Shown: positions 42,001 to 52,206 of the stretch, piece after piece
Layout: each line of letters begins with the position of its first letter
Numbering within the stretch: the first letter of the stretch is position 1
Assembly (NCBI GenBank): GCA_977017575.1
Contig: CDRNVI010000053.1
Span: 1-64,000 of the forward strand
DNA: 64,000 nucleotides
Origin: Paramoeba atlantica
Lineage: Eukaryota > Protista > Discosea
Direction of reading: 5' to 3'
Translations under genes and position numbers: made by a program
Notes under the pieces: generated by a model
Databases searched by the model: none
Told to the model about the DNA's origin: nothing
The model's input: the letters and a program-made list of their open reading frames with translations, nothing else

Positions 42001-45000
42001 GCGAAAGGTGTGGACGAATGTGTAGTTGGAGGCAAACGACCCGAATTTCCTTTTTCCTTGTCAAAATTCCTATCTATCGGACCACTTTGGACGGCCGCCA
42101 TTCATGTTTGGCTTAATTTTGAGGGGGCAAGGGTACACGGACACCTCATTGAATTGTTGTTGCGCCACAGACTTTATCACAAGACTACAAACCTAGAAAA
42201 CACACTGTATGTTCCATCCGAAGAAAAGACTACTGACCAAAGGTACCCCAACTTTAACAAGATTATGTTGCGTGCAGAAAGAAAACGTCTTCCTCTGAAC
42301 AAGGCGGCAAATGTACGACCAATGCAGGAGAACGACCTTCGGGCATGGTTATTGAGTGCCGCTCCTATATCACGCACAACTGCTCATTATTACATAAGAA
42401 CTTACGCAAAATATCTGTGTGATGACACTCTTGGAGCAGATAACCGAGATCCGACTTCCCATCATGATGTAACGATTCCTGAATTCCAAGAACGAAGCAG
42501 GATTGAAATGCATGCTTTGCTGCGTCACTGTCCTACTGGCCGTTTGCTGATCGAAAAATACTTCCCCTCTTTGCAAATAAAGTGTAATTGGGATGTCGGA
42601 GACTTCCTTCAAGCATTTATGTTGCAACAGGCTTCAAAGAACGTTCCTTTTCATAGCGAGATAGGCGAAGACAGGGGAACAAATTTTTTAAATTCGAATT
42701 TCGGTGGTCACACCGAAGTAGCTTGGAATCTATCGTTAAGCTCCGGCGGAAGAAAATTTATTGACGTCTTGGTTCATCATGTGGAAATGCCAAATTTCAT
42801 TGAAATTATTGGTACTGATGTAGATTCTGGTATTCGTAGATTGAATCAAAGTGATAACGTGAAAATTTCCAGATGGATTGTTCCTCCGTGGGAAGTAATT
42901 CTCAGCCATTACGCGGCAGCGCTGAAAAAACATCAATTAAAGCCCAAACTACCAAAGGAACGCAAACTATTTGCAAGAGCCAGAGAATCACCAGGAGGGC
43001 TGTGTCGCGAATCAGAAGATTCCATAGAAGTTTCATCGATCTCTAGTGCTTCCACTTACAAAATATTTGCTGCGCTTGCCGTTTCTCGTCCATGGGCTCT
43101 GAGGCATGCTACCACAGACTATTTTTTAACACCGCTGTCTTGGTTCGTACATCGCGTACACGTTGCAGAACGCAAACGAAATATATACAGATACGGAAAT
43201 TACCTGTTATACTCAGCGATGAGAATGCCTGCGGGAGAATCCCTCATTCTGGCGATTCATATCATGCAACAAGAAGTCTTTGGTCTACTCGAAGAGAATG
43301 CTAAAGCAGTTAACACGCTACGACATTGTTTTTGCAACCCTTTGCTTTTAAAGAATTTGCATGCCGAAAATGATAAACTTTCATTCGGAGACATTGGTTC
43401 TATTTTGCAGCTCAACTCAATACTGGGGAATAAGCTTCAAGGAGCCACAAAAGTGAAGGATGTGACTGTAATGGATTGGGAGAGAGCACTTCATTCGTTT
43501 CGCGCCATTTGTACGCGAAGCGGCGTGCAGTGGACACCAAAACATGACTCAGACACTCATTGTCATTCAAAAGAAAGCTTTGCACGGTTTGATTCCCAGT
43601 TGATCAGAGATGCTCGCAAAATAAATGAAGTCGAATTGCCTTATTCCATAGCCGTACAACTTTCGCGAAACTGCGACAGACACGAACTGTCAAGATTGTT
43701 ACTTCATCCAGCTTACTTTAGACCTAGCTTAAAGTCAAGTTGCACTCATCTTTCTGTCTTTTTGCAGGTAATCAATCCAGCTTTAGATGATGAAATAAGA
43801 TTTCGACTACCCGTGCGCCTTCCTGTTGACGTTATATTGCGCCTCACTGATTTGCTCTGGGATGAAAAAGAAGCGTTCATTACAGAACACGAAAATAAAT
43901 TGAATCTTAAGTCAACGAAAACGTTATTTTCAGGGAAAAGAATTCCAGCACTTCTAAACCTTGACCAAGAGTCTCTTCGTCTACAATCCGTATCAGAGTA
44001 TTACCTTAGAGTATCCTGTAACTATGTGGAATGGGTAAACATAGTGTTTCGAAACATGAAATTCTATCCAGCTCTGACTTCCCGGCTGCTACTGTACATT
44101 ACCAATACGACGAAGCACAAAATCAAGGCGTCTAAGGGAACCACTAATCTGTTTTCCGTTGTGAAAAGGGGGGAAGGTATGGATCTTCCCATTTCAATTT
44201 CTACGGAGATACGGCGCATTTACAGGCATTTACTTGACACCCCAATGAGTCATTCGAAGACAAAGAGTTGGAGGCATTCGTACCTTGTTCGAATCCATTG
44301 TATGCTTGAAAAGGAACCATTTGCGAGTATTTCGGTTATGACTATACTACGCACGCTATTCATTCTCGCCCTTCGCCAGTGCCTTTTCGTTGATCACGTT
44401 CAAGTGACACACAAAAGGCTTCTGCAGGAAAACAAACGCGAGGAATTGCTGCTATTTTTAACGTTGTCCTTAGATTCAACGTTTCATTACGATGAAAGAT
44501 GGATTGAAAGTGTTACTTTACAGTGCACGCGTTTTTCTAATCATAGAGGAATAAATGCGCCAACCCTGGGAGAATTGGAGGGGGTCACACTTTGCTCTAC
44601 GAACTTCTATAGCAGGACTATTATAAATTCTATGCGTGGTGTGCCGAGCGGTATTCTAGAAACACATTGGGCAGCTGCATTGTACTGCATTCAAAGAACA
44701 AAACCGAGCGCAATGTTTCGAGCAGTTTCAGCGTCGTGGCGTTTAACGCTGGAAGTTGTTACACAGCTGCAGAATTTACACGAAAAAAATTCATTGAGTT
44801 TGTATTTTTCATGCCCCCACAATGACAGGAATTGCTCTTGCCTCAGAGATCGTTGTCAAAATTTGTTTGTGCATGCACTGCGTACTTTAGCCCGTTTTAA
44901 ATGTCGCAGGGAGGTCTACTCATTGGCCACGTACATGGTTCGCCGTGGTCTAGCCGATTCCTCAAGAGTGGTTCTTCGACTCGTGCGAAAATATACTGCA

Positions 45001-48000
45001 GAAAGTACTCGGGTTTCAGGATTAGTTTACGGGCTCTGTCAGCCCAGCGTTGACCAATGGTACCATGCAGTGTCTTTATGCTGTGCTCGATATCGTCAGT
45101 GTCTTAGCTCGACGTTACTGCTTCCTTTAACTTCACCGAACACTCCATGGTATGTTAATCTGAAGCTTATGGCCCTTGCTTTGGCACGAGGGACACCTTC
45201 TCGAGAGGTTTCACGTACCTTTTACGTCACTTTTCTAAGAGACAGTCTCCGAAAATCTTCTCATTACGAAGTCTGTGTTGCAGGAGTGGCTCGTACTACG
45301 CCGACGTGGGCAGTGCACGTACGCCCCCTTCAACGCATGTTCCACAGTCTTCACGCATTCGCACAACTATCGAATTCTGAGAACTCATACGCAAATTTGA
45401 GCCTTGAGAGGCCTGTGCAGTGGATATGCGCGCTCCACCTGTTTGCTCAATATAAAGCGACATGCGCTCCTGTGCTCTCGATTGTTGCAAATGGTATGGT
45501 CCGATCACTTCATACAAACACTGATCTATGTATGAAGTTTTACCACAACATTCGGCAAACGAGCTTGTCGAAAGAGGCGTTGACGCTGTGTCTTGATGTC
45601 GCTGTAAAAAAGGCTCGTTGGATGGATTGCTGTCGTATTGTTTTGCATCAAGTTCGCAGTGAGCCATATGTATCCGATCCTCTACGAAGTGCCGTCCTTC
45701 GCCTCTTTATCATGTGCTCCACGGATACTGTTCTTTTTGAGGCTCTGCTTTCTTCACCTAAATTAGTATCTGCGAAATCTCCAGTTTCGCCAAAGACTGA
45801 TGAGATCAGGAATCGAAAAACAGGAGAGAAAAAACAATTTTCAGCTTTGGATTACACAGTAATATCAAAGTCTTGCTTGGAAATGCTATTAGTTACAGCA
45901 GTGCAGTTTGGACGCTGGCAGTACGTACTCATGATGTGTAATGAGAACACATCTCCACCTGAAATGGGATCACAACTCAGAGACGACGATGCGCTCCGCA
46001 AAATTATTATCAGTGCATTGGCTAAACTGGCACCAAGTTATCTTTACCAGTTTGTCGTGCATTCAGATGATTTTTTGATTCCAGTAGCAGTACTCTTGCA
46101 TCACTATCAACTTCTTTTTCAAAGCCTCGTGAGCTCAAGAACCGCAACTCAGTCACATGAAGGCGACAGCAACGTAATTTTGGAAGGGGGGTCATCCCTG
46201 CCCGCGACATTACAATCCTTAAACGACTTGAACTTCGCTATGCGTCGCCCTGTAAGTCAAAAACTTTGGAATATTTTGAGCCACTTGAGCGAAAACCTTC
46301 ATCTAATAGCCAAGAAGGATCCGGCACTTATGGCGAACGAACAAGCATGGGCTCTAATCATAGATTTCATAAGATACAAGATTCCAGTCTCGCTTTTTAT
46401 TCGATTTTGTTGGGAGCCACTCAACCGTACACATTCCTTGAGTAGGGATCAAAACAAGACATACCAGGAGAATTTTCTTGACGTGCCTACTAATATGTAC
46501 TACTCAGACTTTCTAAAAGGATCCGGGGTATCAATATGGAATCCACTGGCACGGCTTGCCAGTTTCGCGGGGGATTGGAAATCGTCTTTAGCAGCGCTTC
46601 GCGCTCTGTCTACGCAGAGTAGAGCGACAGACTCCCATTCAATATCATCGCAGGGCTACTTATTTCTTCTTATCCGTGCCTTTATAGCAGAATTACTGCA
46701 GAAACGTGCTCTACACCACTCGTCGTTGTCTACTGATGTAGCTAAAAGGATGTTGGGATGGGCATTGCGCCTTTCATATTCACTGCCCGTTGAAGCTATT
46801 GTAAATAACACCTCTCCTGGGCAATCCCATGCCTGTAGCGAGACACTTGCTTTGTACTCCTACGAATTTTGTCAGAGATTACTTCGTTTTTTGACGTTTC
46901 CGTCAGCGATAGGAAAAAACGTTGTCAAAAGCACAAATAGTCATTCATTTGGTACGGAATTTGCAGACTCTTGGTCGAGTGCACTTGAATTAGTCTTCTC
47001 AACAAGAACTGAGGACAAGTCTTTCTGCTTTCCACCTCAGATTCTTTTCGCCGATATTATTTTTTCTTGCCTGGCTCGATTTTGTCCCGGAAATTGGAAC
47101 AAGGCTATGGCCCTCTTGAGTACCGCATGTAGCAATATCTTGGACGATGGGAAAAAGGTATGGCAGAATTTAGGATTAAAGGCTGCATTACAACCTAGAA
47201 CGATCGGCGCCACGATATGCCTGCTACATCAAGCGCGCCAATGGAAACGAAGTGTTCGGCTCTATAATTTTTATAATGAACAAAAAGCTACAAGTTGCCC
47301 TTTGCTCGAAATTAAAGAAAGAGTACGTCAACGTCCACGTGATAAACTGCATATATCGCATGATCCTACATTAGCACTTTGCTTCACGCTTGCTCAGGGC
47401 CATAATATGTGGCAATTTGTTTTGAAAATAGTGAATGAGTTGGACTTTACATCTCATAATGAGGGATTGGAGACAGCTCAGGCAGCGCAAATTAGAGCGG
47501 CTCGTGCACAGTATATTCTGCAAATAAATATTCTAGGAATTCAGTTATGCTGGAAGCTAAGGCGTCTGAAAACCGCGTTTATAATTTTGCGGAAATCACT
47601 ATGCCAACATGGTCGATACCTTTTAGACGAAAAGAACCAGAGATCCTTAGCGCTATTGGAGAATAAGCGCATAGAAGTCGGGCTTTCGAATTTAGAGGAG
47701 CGACCTTCCAAGTACATTTCACTTCTTAATTGGGCATGTGTAGTCGGTTTCAAGATCACTTATTCGTTAAAAGAACTGATAGAAAGGGAGAACGAATCGT
47801 CTGCTTGCGACGCCTATGTTGCGACGAAGAGATATTCTGAGATTGGCGTACGATGGAGAAACTGCCTGACAATGCTTCAGCTTTGTTGGCAGGAGAAGGT
47901 ACCATTTCTTCCCAAAACACAAATTTTTGTCACGAGAATGCTTCTAAAAGTTACCCCCTGGGAAATTGCCTTGCATCATATGCAGCGAATAATCGTCTTA

Positions 48001-48369
48001 TCTTTTCCCTTAAATACACAGAAGACGACATTCATTGAAAGTAACAAGTTAGAAGAAACATCTAGTCACCTAGAGCAACTGTTCCCGATATCGAAAACGA
48101 AAGTTCAAACGCATTTACTTAACGAGGTGCTAAAAACACTTATTTCACTCATCATACGAGCCCCGGCAAAACTACCTCACCGTATCCCGAGTCAACGGGT
48201 AATCGAAACTGTATATACTACTATGAAACAAACGTCTCCTTTGACTCATTATTGGATGGCATTATTCTATCAAACGCACGAGCTCAAACTTTCTAGAAGC
48301 TCAGTTGCTCGATACAAGTATCATGTAGCACGTTTACATTCATCTATGGGACAACGTGGATCTTCATGA
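39040..48369 (+). CDS. Giant (about 3100 aa) helical-repeat protein with more than 20 degenerate W-x-x-A-L (PPR-like) units
   Basis: Uninterrupted 9.3-kb ORF. Recurring SWWRAVNLL, LWNLALAVL, SWMEALSLI, DWERALHSF, HWAAALYCI, QWICALHLF, SWSSALELV, NWNKAMALL, PWEIALHHM. Confidence 0.75.
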   Translation: MNRSISRMHFLRQTSAFLFHKSAPNFSFQGDSKKIYSAHDRRNLDDTVETNSSPTSRTKIDAYLNATPDSLQMKKSTAHSTRFPSRYSMKSNYDTFIELSFESPLVNEYVHDECYVEEDTKKLLEQPSYLLQDPSLSDSPSTIISPESKDLPLLEELATICEETHKDFSIRFFFGKPHSQQKFSGNTMIENTLSTSKSLYPRRLLLDQALMRKKSAFLSGLFLSIRNEKELFQQKIRDQRRPTDNASTLHPSPYDSYYIHNECSNGRTLCRGENNTTESETATPAQDLENSTDQMPERDRYSQWNVPAEENVLHHEMKLFTKSLFPPECLKFSKPFPKSFESSRLEESNIVPSCSIENILSSNKKSYSLRTLATRKETNTSANVRQEGNQLSPFLSMIPRIFDTFCISSTEGSAKDLVRFYPDLSVLVLDLLRRQPEEARHQTLLTTSKLEWLAQGILEYVYDGERTAKREIAFSSRTLSVLFPKTDSKEVKKYSYTVLRNAYGEDEVLLGQRPLVAQSRSTPTFVIKNKIQATEWIVAIQAFVSLENLACHFSQDSVSVLYKPKLVSFIIASLGACMDLPPPKNSNLGTNAHSKESSTRNSDSILSLYERSQKYNCAVSDFALSYVMRALHKKPEKSWEMYTNSRRLQTAAHGSLQVWALYLLKSHCLSWWRAVNLLGDILAYRRHALYERRTIGDFCKRSSADATGQLEEFEHPTKEKFRPTETELISVLSSAASWEQCAITLRYAYDVSVGAGHSFSSWRLCILCLRRLGQLKSKRVVSLQLKSVCSNIVWKMARMRKSVPTLARLHAATILLENTLWNLALAVLQSDSTISHVHHLSKSLVKQKYIEVPSWMEALSLIRCNKMRKVPLAIFEALLRSLIFDFPSHVCTNRWLGEKLTTPWKVVVYVVESWRQNGTVWPYSSAPFHLSPYASALLYTVPKIPSKGILDTIAAPVCLFMDNTFDTILLKRLDYAALFRLIRCSAVAKGVDECVVGGKRPEFPFSLSKFLSIGPLWTAAIHVWLNFEGARVHGHLIELLLRHRLYHKTTNLENTLYVPSEEKTTDQRYPNFNKIMLRAERKRLPLNKAANVRPMQENDLRAWLLSAAPISRTTAHYYIRTYAKYLCDDTLGADNRDPTSHHDVTIPEFQERSRIEMHALLRHCPTGRLLIEKYFPSLQIKCNWDVGDFLQAFMLQQASKNVPFHSEIGEDRGTNFLNSNFGGHTEVAWNLSLSSGGRKFIDVLVHHVEMPNFIEIIGTDVDSGIRRLNQSDNVKISRWIVPPWEVILSHYAAALKKHQLKPKLPKERKLFARARESPGGLCRESEDSIEVSSISSASTYKIFAALAVSRPWALRHATTDYFLTPLSWFVHRVHVAERKRNIYRYGNYLLYSAMRMPAGESLILAIHIMQQEVFGLLEENAKAVNTLRHCFCNPLLLKNLHAENDKLSFGDIGSILQLNSILGNKLQGATKVKDVTVMDWERALHSFRAICTRSGVQWTPKHDSDTHCHSKESFARFDSQLIRDARKINEVELPYSIAVQLSRNCDRHELSRLLLHPAYFRPSLKSSCTHLSVFLQVINPALDDEIRFRLPVRLPVDVILRLTDLLWDEKEAFITEHENKLNLKSTKTLFSGKRIPALLNLDQESLRLQSVSEYYLRVSCNYVEWVNIVFRNMKFYPALTSRLLLYITNTTKHKIKASKGTTNLFSVVKRGEGMDLPISISTEIRRIYRHLLDTPMSHSKTKSWRHSYLVRIHCMLEKEPFASISVMTILRTLFILALRQCLFVDHVQVTHKRLLQENKREELLLFLTLSLDSTFHYDERWIESVTLQCTRFSNHRGINAPTLGELEGVTLCSTNFYSRTIINSMRGVPSGILETHWAAALYCIQRTKPSAMFRAVSASWRLTLEVVTQLQNLHEKNSLSLYFSCPHNDRNCSCLRDRCQNLFVHALRTLARFKCRREVYSLATYMVRRGLADSSRVVLRLVRKYTAESTRVSGLVYGLCQPSVDQWYHAVSLCCARYRQCLSSTLLLPLTSPNTPWYVNLKLMALALARGTPSREVSRTFYVTFLRDSLRKSSHYEVCVAGVARTTPTWAVHVRPLQRMFHSLHAFAQLSNSENSYANLSLERPVQWICALHLFAQYKATCAPVLSIVANGMVRSLHTNTDLCMKFYHNIRQTSLSKEALTLCLDVAVKKARWMDCCRIVLHQVRSEPYVSDPLRSAVLRLFIMCSTDTVLFEALLSSPKLVSAKSPVSPKTDEIRNRKTGEKKQFSALDYTVISKSCLEMLLVTAVQFGRWQYVLMMCNENTSPPEMGSQLRDDDALRKIIISALAKLAPSYLYQFVVHSDDFLIPVAVLLHHYQLLFQSLVSSRTATQSHEGDSNVILEGGSSLPATLQSLNDLNFAMRRPVSQKLWNILSHLSENLHLIAKKDPALMANEQAWALIIDFIRYKIPVSLFIRFCWEPLNRTHSLSRDQNKTYQENFLDVPTNMYYSDFLKGSGVSIWNPLARLASFAGDWKSSLAALRALSTQSRATDSHSISSQGYLFLLIRAFIAELLQKRALHHSSLSTDVAKRMLGWALRLSYSLPVEAIVNNTSPGQSHACSETLALYSYEFCQRLLRFLTFPSAIGKNVVKSTNSHSFGTEFADSWSSALELVFSTRTEDKSFCFPPQILFADIIFSCLARFCPGNWNKAMALLSTACSNILDDGKKVWQNLGLKAALQPRTIGATICLLHQARQWKRSVRLYNFYNEQKATSCPLLEIKERVRQRPRDKLHISHDPTLALCFTLAQGHNMWQFVLKIVNELDFTSHNEGLETAQAAQIRAARAQYILQINILGIQLCWKLRRLKTAFIILRKSLCQHGRYLLDEKNQRSLALLENKRIEVGLSNLEERPSKYISLLNWACVVGFKITYSLKELIERENESSACDAYVATKRYSEIGVRWRNCLTMLQLCWQEKVPFLPKTQIFVTRMLLKVTPWEIALHHMQRIIVLSFPLNTQKTTFIESNKLEETSSHLEQLFPISKTKVQTHLLNEVLKTLISLIIRAPAKLPHRIPSQRVIETVYTTMKQTSPLTHYWMALFYQTHELKLSRSSVARYKYHVARLHSSMGQRGSS

Positions 48370-48741
48370 AGCATATCATCAGAATGGAAGAAAGGGTAGA
48401 GCAAACGGGGTTTTCATTGATTTAATTTTTTTTTCATTAGACTTTTAAGAACTACCTGTAAGGAGTTCTGTGATCCGCTTTTAAACTCAGACAGTACCTT
48501 TGACGAGCCGAGAAAATGGAAAGATTTCGCACGCTAATTTCTTTTTTATGTATGGAACATTGGAATCCTTTGCAAGCCGAGAGATACCGTTCTATTTTTC
48601 CGTTAGTTTACCAAAGGTACAACTTTTAGTATCTCCCTCGTCTTTACAGCCTAGGTTTCTTTAAAAGAACTTCTTTTGTAGTTTGAATCTGATGCTATAA
48701 AATTCAAGTAGACACGTAGAGTTCGACCTGCAGGACAATTA

Positions 48742-50451
48742 ATGCAAGTAAATTGGAGTCAAAACAATAGTAGCCAAATTAGCCAAGAATACAACTCTGC
48801 CGAGAGTAATTCGGTTGATTCTGAAGAACTCTTTCTATTTGACATTCCTTTGCATTTACTAGTTCCACAATATAGGCCAGAGGTACTTAAGGATGTCGTA
48901 AATTTGAGCCTTAGAGGCATTACAAGGGATGTGGAAGAAACATCAAACATTGAAAAAGATGCGAAAAGCCATACTCAGCCTAATCCAGCTGTAGCGTGCA
49001 CTAGTGAAGGAACATACCGTATTACAAAGACGGAGCACAGCTCAACCTTGTTGCTCGGACCAGTATTGCACAATTCTGGTGAAAATATATCACTCACTGT
49101 TTGGTGGAGCCCAAATAGCTCGTTTGCCGCATCACTCGAACGTATACGACCCGACTTCTCAGTAATCTACTCAATGATTCAAAATTGCCCGTATTACGAG
49201 CTTACTCAGGACCAAAGCACTTTTCCTGCTCTGGCATCCGATTTGTCATACAAAACCGCCCGCGCAGTGTCAAAGGGACCCGAAGTACAACGGGGTGGAT
49301 ACACTCCTGAAAAATACTATGCAGCAGCAAGCGCAAGTCGTCAAGAAATTAAGAATGAACTTCTAAGGGAGGGGCTTCGACTATTCTCATCCGACACATT
49401 GCAACGTCTTCACCCGCGCGTCTTAGATGAAGTCATTGACGCAATGATAGCCCAGTTGTCGGCGGCACGTATGCAGCCACCATACGAAGAACTCGATGGG
49501 AGAATAGACCGTGTTCCGCTCTACGTCGCCGTTGATGCCCTTCAAGAAATCTTTCCGCTAAAAGTGTTGCAATTCGTGGCGGAAAGATTTGGAATGTATC
49601 GTAGAATACATGTGGATGAAAGGCACATTATAATACCAAAACGTCTGGAAAAGAAATCCTTTCTGGTTGGTCTCCATCTTTGCCTGCGATCCTATATCCA
49701 GCATAAGACGGCGTTGATTTTACAAGATGGAGCTGTCCCTCTCAATGACGAGAAGCTATTAGAAGCATTGAAGAGTTCCTTACATCCAGATATAGCTTTA
49801 TGTGTGGCGCAAGGTTCCGGAGTAGATCCTTCCTCTGAATCGACACAACATTGTAAGTCCGGTGGTGTGCTCACTTTGTTTGATACACTAGATGAAATCC
49901 TTGGAGGCATTGCAGTTCGCACTCTTGAACCTAGCGTTGCGGAATGCGAACAAAATACAAATTCAGAATCTCCGTTGACGTGGCAATATTGCTATCCTGA
50001 CCATCTCCCAAAGGATAGTGCCTTGCATATGCTACAAACACTTTTTCAGCTGCGAAGTAGGTGGTCTAAAAGAGAGATTTTACCTTTCTTACTTCCAGTT
50101 TTCCGACCCTCGTGTTCCATTCCCATTGAAGATTTGAATGGGATTTCAAATACAATCGATACACAGGTTTCCTTCGAACACAGTCCAAACATCCCAATGA
50201 TATTGTTTGATAAAGAGACGGAAAATTTAGATCACCCCACGCCACATCCTTACGCTTGGAGAAGTGATTCAGAAACAAGAAACTATCCCGATCCAGCGTT
50301 TCCTCTTCTGTTCCTATGCACTCGTTCGTTTGCTTATCAGTCTTTCGCGAACTCAGCTGCGTCCATAGAAAAAGTGTTCGAGGATTTCATGGCTCGACAC
50401 GCAGAAAAAGAATATTTGAATGGAGATATATTCTATAGGAGCCGGAAATAG
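48742..50451 (+). CDS. DCC1: Sister chromatid cohesion protein DCC1 (Ctf18-RFC subunit)
   Basis: N-terminal LFLFDIP...LRG...TYRITKTEHSSTLLL and C-terminal winged-helix signature HLPKD...LFQLRSRWSKREILPFL. Confidence 0.75.
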   Translation: MQVNWSQNNSSQISQEYNSAESNSVDSEELFLFDIPLHLLVPQYRPEVLKDVVNLSLRGITRDVEETSNIEKDAKSHTQPNPAVACTSEGTYRITKTEHSSTLLLGPVLHNSGENISLTVWWSPNSSFAASLERIRPDFSVIYSMIQNCPYYELTQDQSTFPALASDLSYKTARAVSKGPEVQRGGYTPEKYYAAASASRQEIKNELLREGLRLFSSDTLQRLHPRVLDEVIDAMIAQLSAARMQPPYEELDGRIDRVPLYVAVDALQEIFPLKVLQFVAERFGMYRRIHVDERHIIIPKRLEKKSFLVGLHLCLRSYIQHKTALILQDGAVPLNDEKLLEALKSSLHPDIALCVAQGSGVDPSSESTQHCKSGGVLTLFDTLDEILGGIAVRTLEPSVAECEQNTNSESPLTWQYCYPDHLPKDSALHMLQTLFQLRSRWSKREILPFLLPVFRPSCSIPIEDLNGISNTIDTQVSFEHSPNIPMILFDKETENLDHPTPHPYAWRSDSETRNYPDPAFPLLFLCTRSFAYQSFANSAASIEKVFEDFMARHAEKEYLNGDIFYRSRK

Positions 50452-50458
50452 ACAAATA

Positions 50459-50548
50459 CTGTGTCCCCCCTTTATATTTCGCTGGTCAGGCCCCCCTTTA
50501 TACTTCGTTACTGCTCAAAATGGGCGAAGTATAAAGGGGGGGTCACAG
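50459..50548. mobile_element. 90-bp mini-MITE with about 24-bp TIRs and TA duplication
   Basis: TA-CTGTGTCCCCCCTTTATATTTCGC ... GCGAAGTATAAAGGGGGGGTCACAG-TA, with an internal direct repeat CCCCCCTTTATA(T/C)TTCG. Confidence 0.7.
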
Positions 50549-50705
50549 TAATACAGTATAATAATGTATGGATGCTAGTGTACAATACGTAAATACGAAA
50601 ATGTATACAAATTGTTTAGAGCTATTGAAACTTAATCGAAACACAAACAATCGAAATATATATTATGTGATTCTTGAACTCAGATATGCTACTCTTTGTC
50701 ATTCG

Positions 50706-51950
50706 ATGATTACCTTTAACCCGACCGTGATTTCGAGTGAGAGAACTTTCCAGAAAATTTCAGCGCACAATTCTGATTTATCCGCTGGGCGTTTCGAAGG
50801 AGAAAAAGACATCAAGGAAGTCCAAGCGAGACTTGCATCAGCTGTTAGTCAGTTAAGTGAATCCCGATCCGAGCTAACTCGTCTGCGCCTGCTGTGCTCT
50901 CAACTATATGTGGCCCAGTTAAAAGGGCAGCATTTAGCTCTCGACTCGGAGTCAAGATCTACTATGTCGAAAACGCTATCAAACCGCTACTCAACAGTTT
51001 ACACCACATACGAAGTACCATCACCAGAGAATCGTTGCGATGTTCCCATCATAAAGGATTCTTACAACGATCTGGGGATTAGAAGTTCGCATTACACACC
51101 AACTGTGAGTTGTGGTTCGCAGACTGAATCGCCGCGGGAAGTAGGTGAGCTTTCTACTAAATCAGCAGAGAGCAATTCCGAGGACAGAGCTTGTCAAATG
51201 ACTTTTACGCATGCACACTCTGTTGCCATTACACCCAGGACACCTTTTTCTGATGCTTTGGAGCAGCAAACACCTTGGGCGCATGATGGCAGGAGCGGAT
51301 ATCATTCGGAAAACTCTTACCTTCATAGCTGTTCGTCAAACGAAGATCGTCCAAACTTGAACACTACTACCTTGAATGCTGACTTTTCACCCTCCTCTAC
51401 GAATGGTGTACGGCTATCGTTTACCCCCTCGGAATTTAAGCGGGTGATTACGAATGAGCACTTTAATATGAACTCATTATCGACCCCCCGAAGTGCTGAG
51501 GAATTAATTAGCACACCGCGCAATAAAGATCGACTACATCGGACCACAAGTATCAGTTCTACGAATGAACTGATCTTTCAAACTAAGAAAACTAAGCCAA
51601 GTGCCGCTAGTAGGTCTCGGCGAACGAGGTCGTCCGAGGAGGAAGTGCTGGAGGGAAGTCAATCCGACGAAAACATGGAAGGCACAACAAATAAGCGCTT
51701 ACGCAGAGGTTCTACGAAAGACTTCAACGCAAAAAAATTGCGAGCATCAAACTCCACAAAAGCGCGAAATGAAGCACAAAGCTCAGTTAGCCCAGATACT
51801 AAAGAACTTTCAATAGGGGAAAGACTTCACCTTCGCAAAAAAAAATTAGATACGTTCGGCGATTATGTAAAAGAAACCTCCAGTACCAAGGAATTAGAGA
51901 ACTCGATTAAATCAAGCGCCAAAAAGTCTCGTAGAAAGAAAAGTCGATAA
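50706..51950 (+). CDS. Hypothetical protein, N-terminal coiled coil plus Ser/Thr-rich disordered tail
   Basis: Coiled coil IKEVQARLASAVSQLSESRSELTRLRLL and basic C-terminus. Start uncertain (50568 or 50706). Confidence 0.6.
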   Translation: MITFNPTVISSERTFQKISAHNSDLSAGRFEGEKDIKEVQARLASAVSQLSESRSELTRLRLLCSQLYVAQLKGQHLALDSESRSTMSKTLSNRYSTVYTTYEVPSPENRCDVPIIKDSYNDLGIRSSHYTPTVSCGSQTESPREVGELSTKSAESNSEDRACQMTFTHAHSVAITPRTPFSDALEQQTPWAHDGRSGYHSENSYLHSCSSNEDRPNLNTTTLNADFSPSSTNGVRLSFTPSEFKRVITNEHFNMNSLSTPRSAEELISTPRNKDRLHRTTSISSTNELIFQTKKTKPSAASRSRRTRSSEEEVLEGSQSDENMEGTTNKRLRRGSTKDFNAKKLRASNSTKARNEAQSSVSPDTKELSIGERLHLRKKKLDTFGDYVKETSSTKELENSIKSSAKKSRRKKSR

Positions 51951-52206
51951 TTGCTTCGTATTTCCTTTTATATTACAATGACTTCAAAAGGATTTTTCTT
52001 AAAGGGTTGCCTAATTTTCGATTTTGAATGTACTATTTTGTTTTGGTATACAGGTTATGATATGATAACGTAACTTGAGGCTCTGTTATACTGTTAATCA
52101 AAATTGCAGCGGCTTACAATTTAATTCTTTAAAAAAATATGGTACTACATTCGTTTTTTAAAGGGATTACGCACCCCTTTTGGAATCGCTACATAATATT
52201 TTTATA

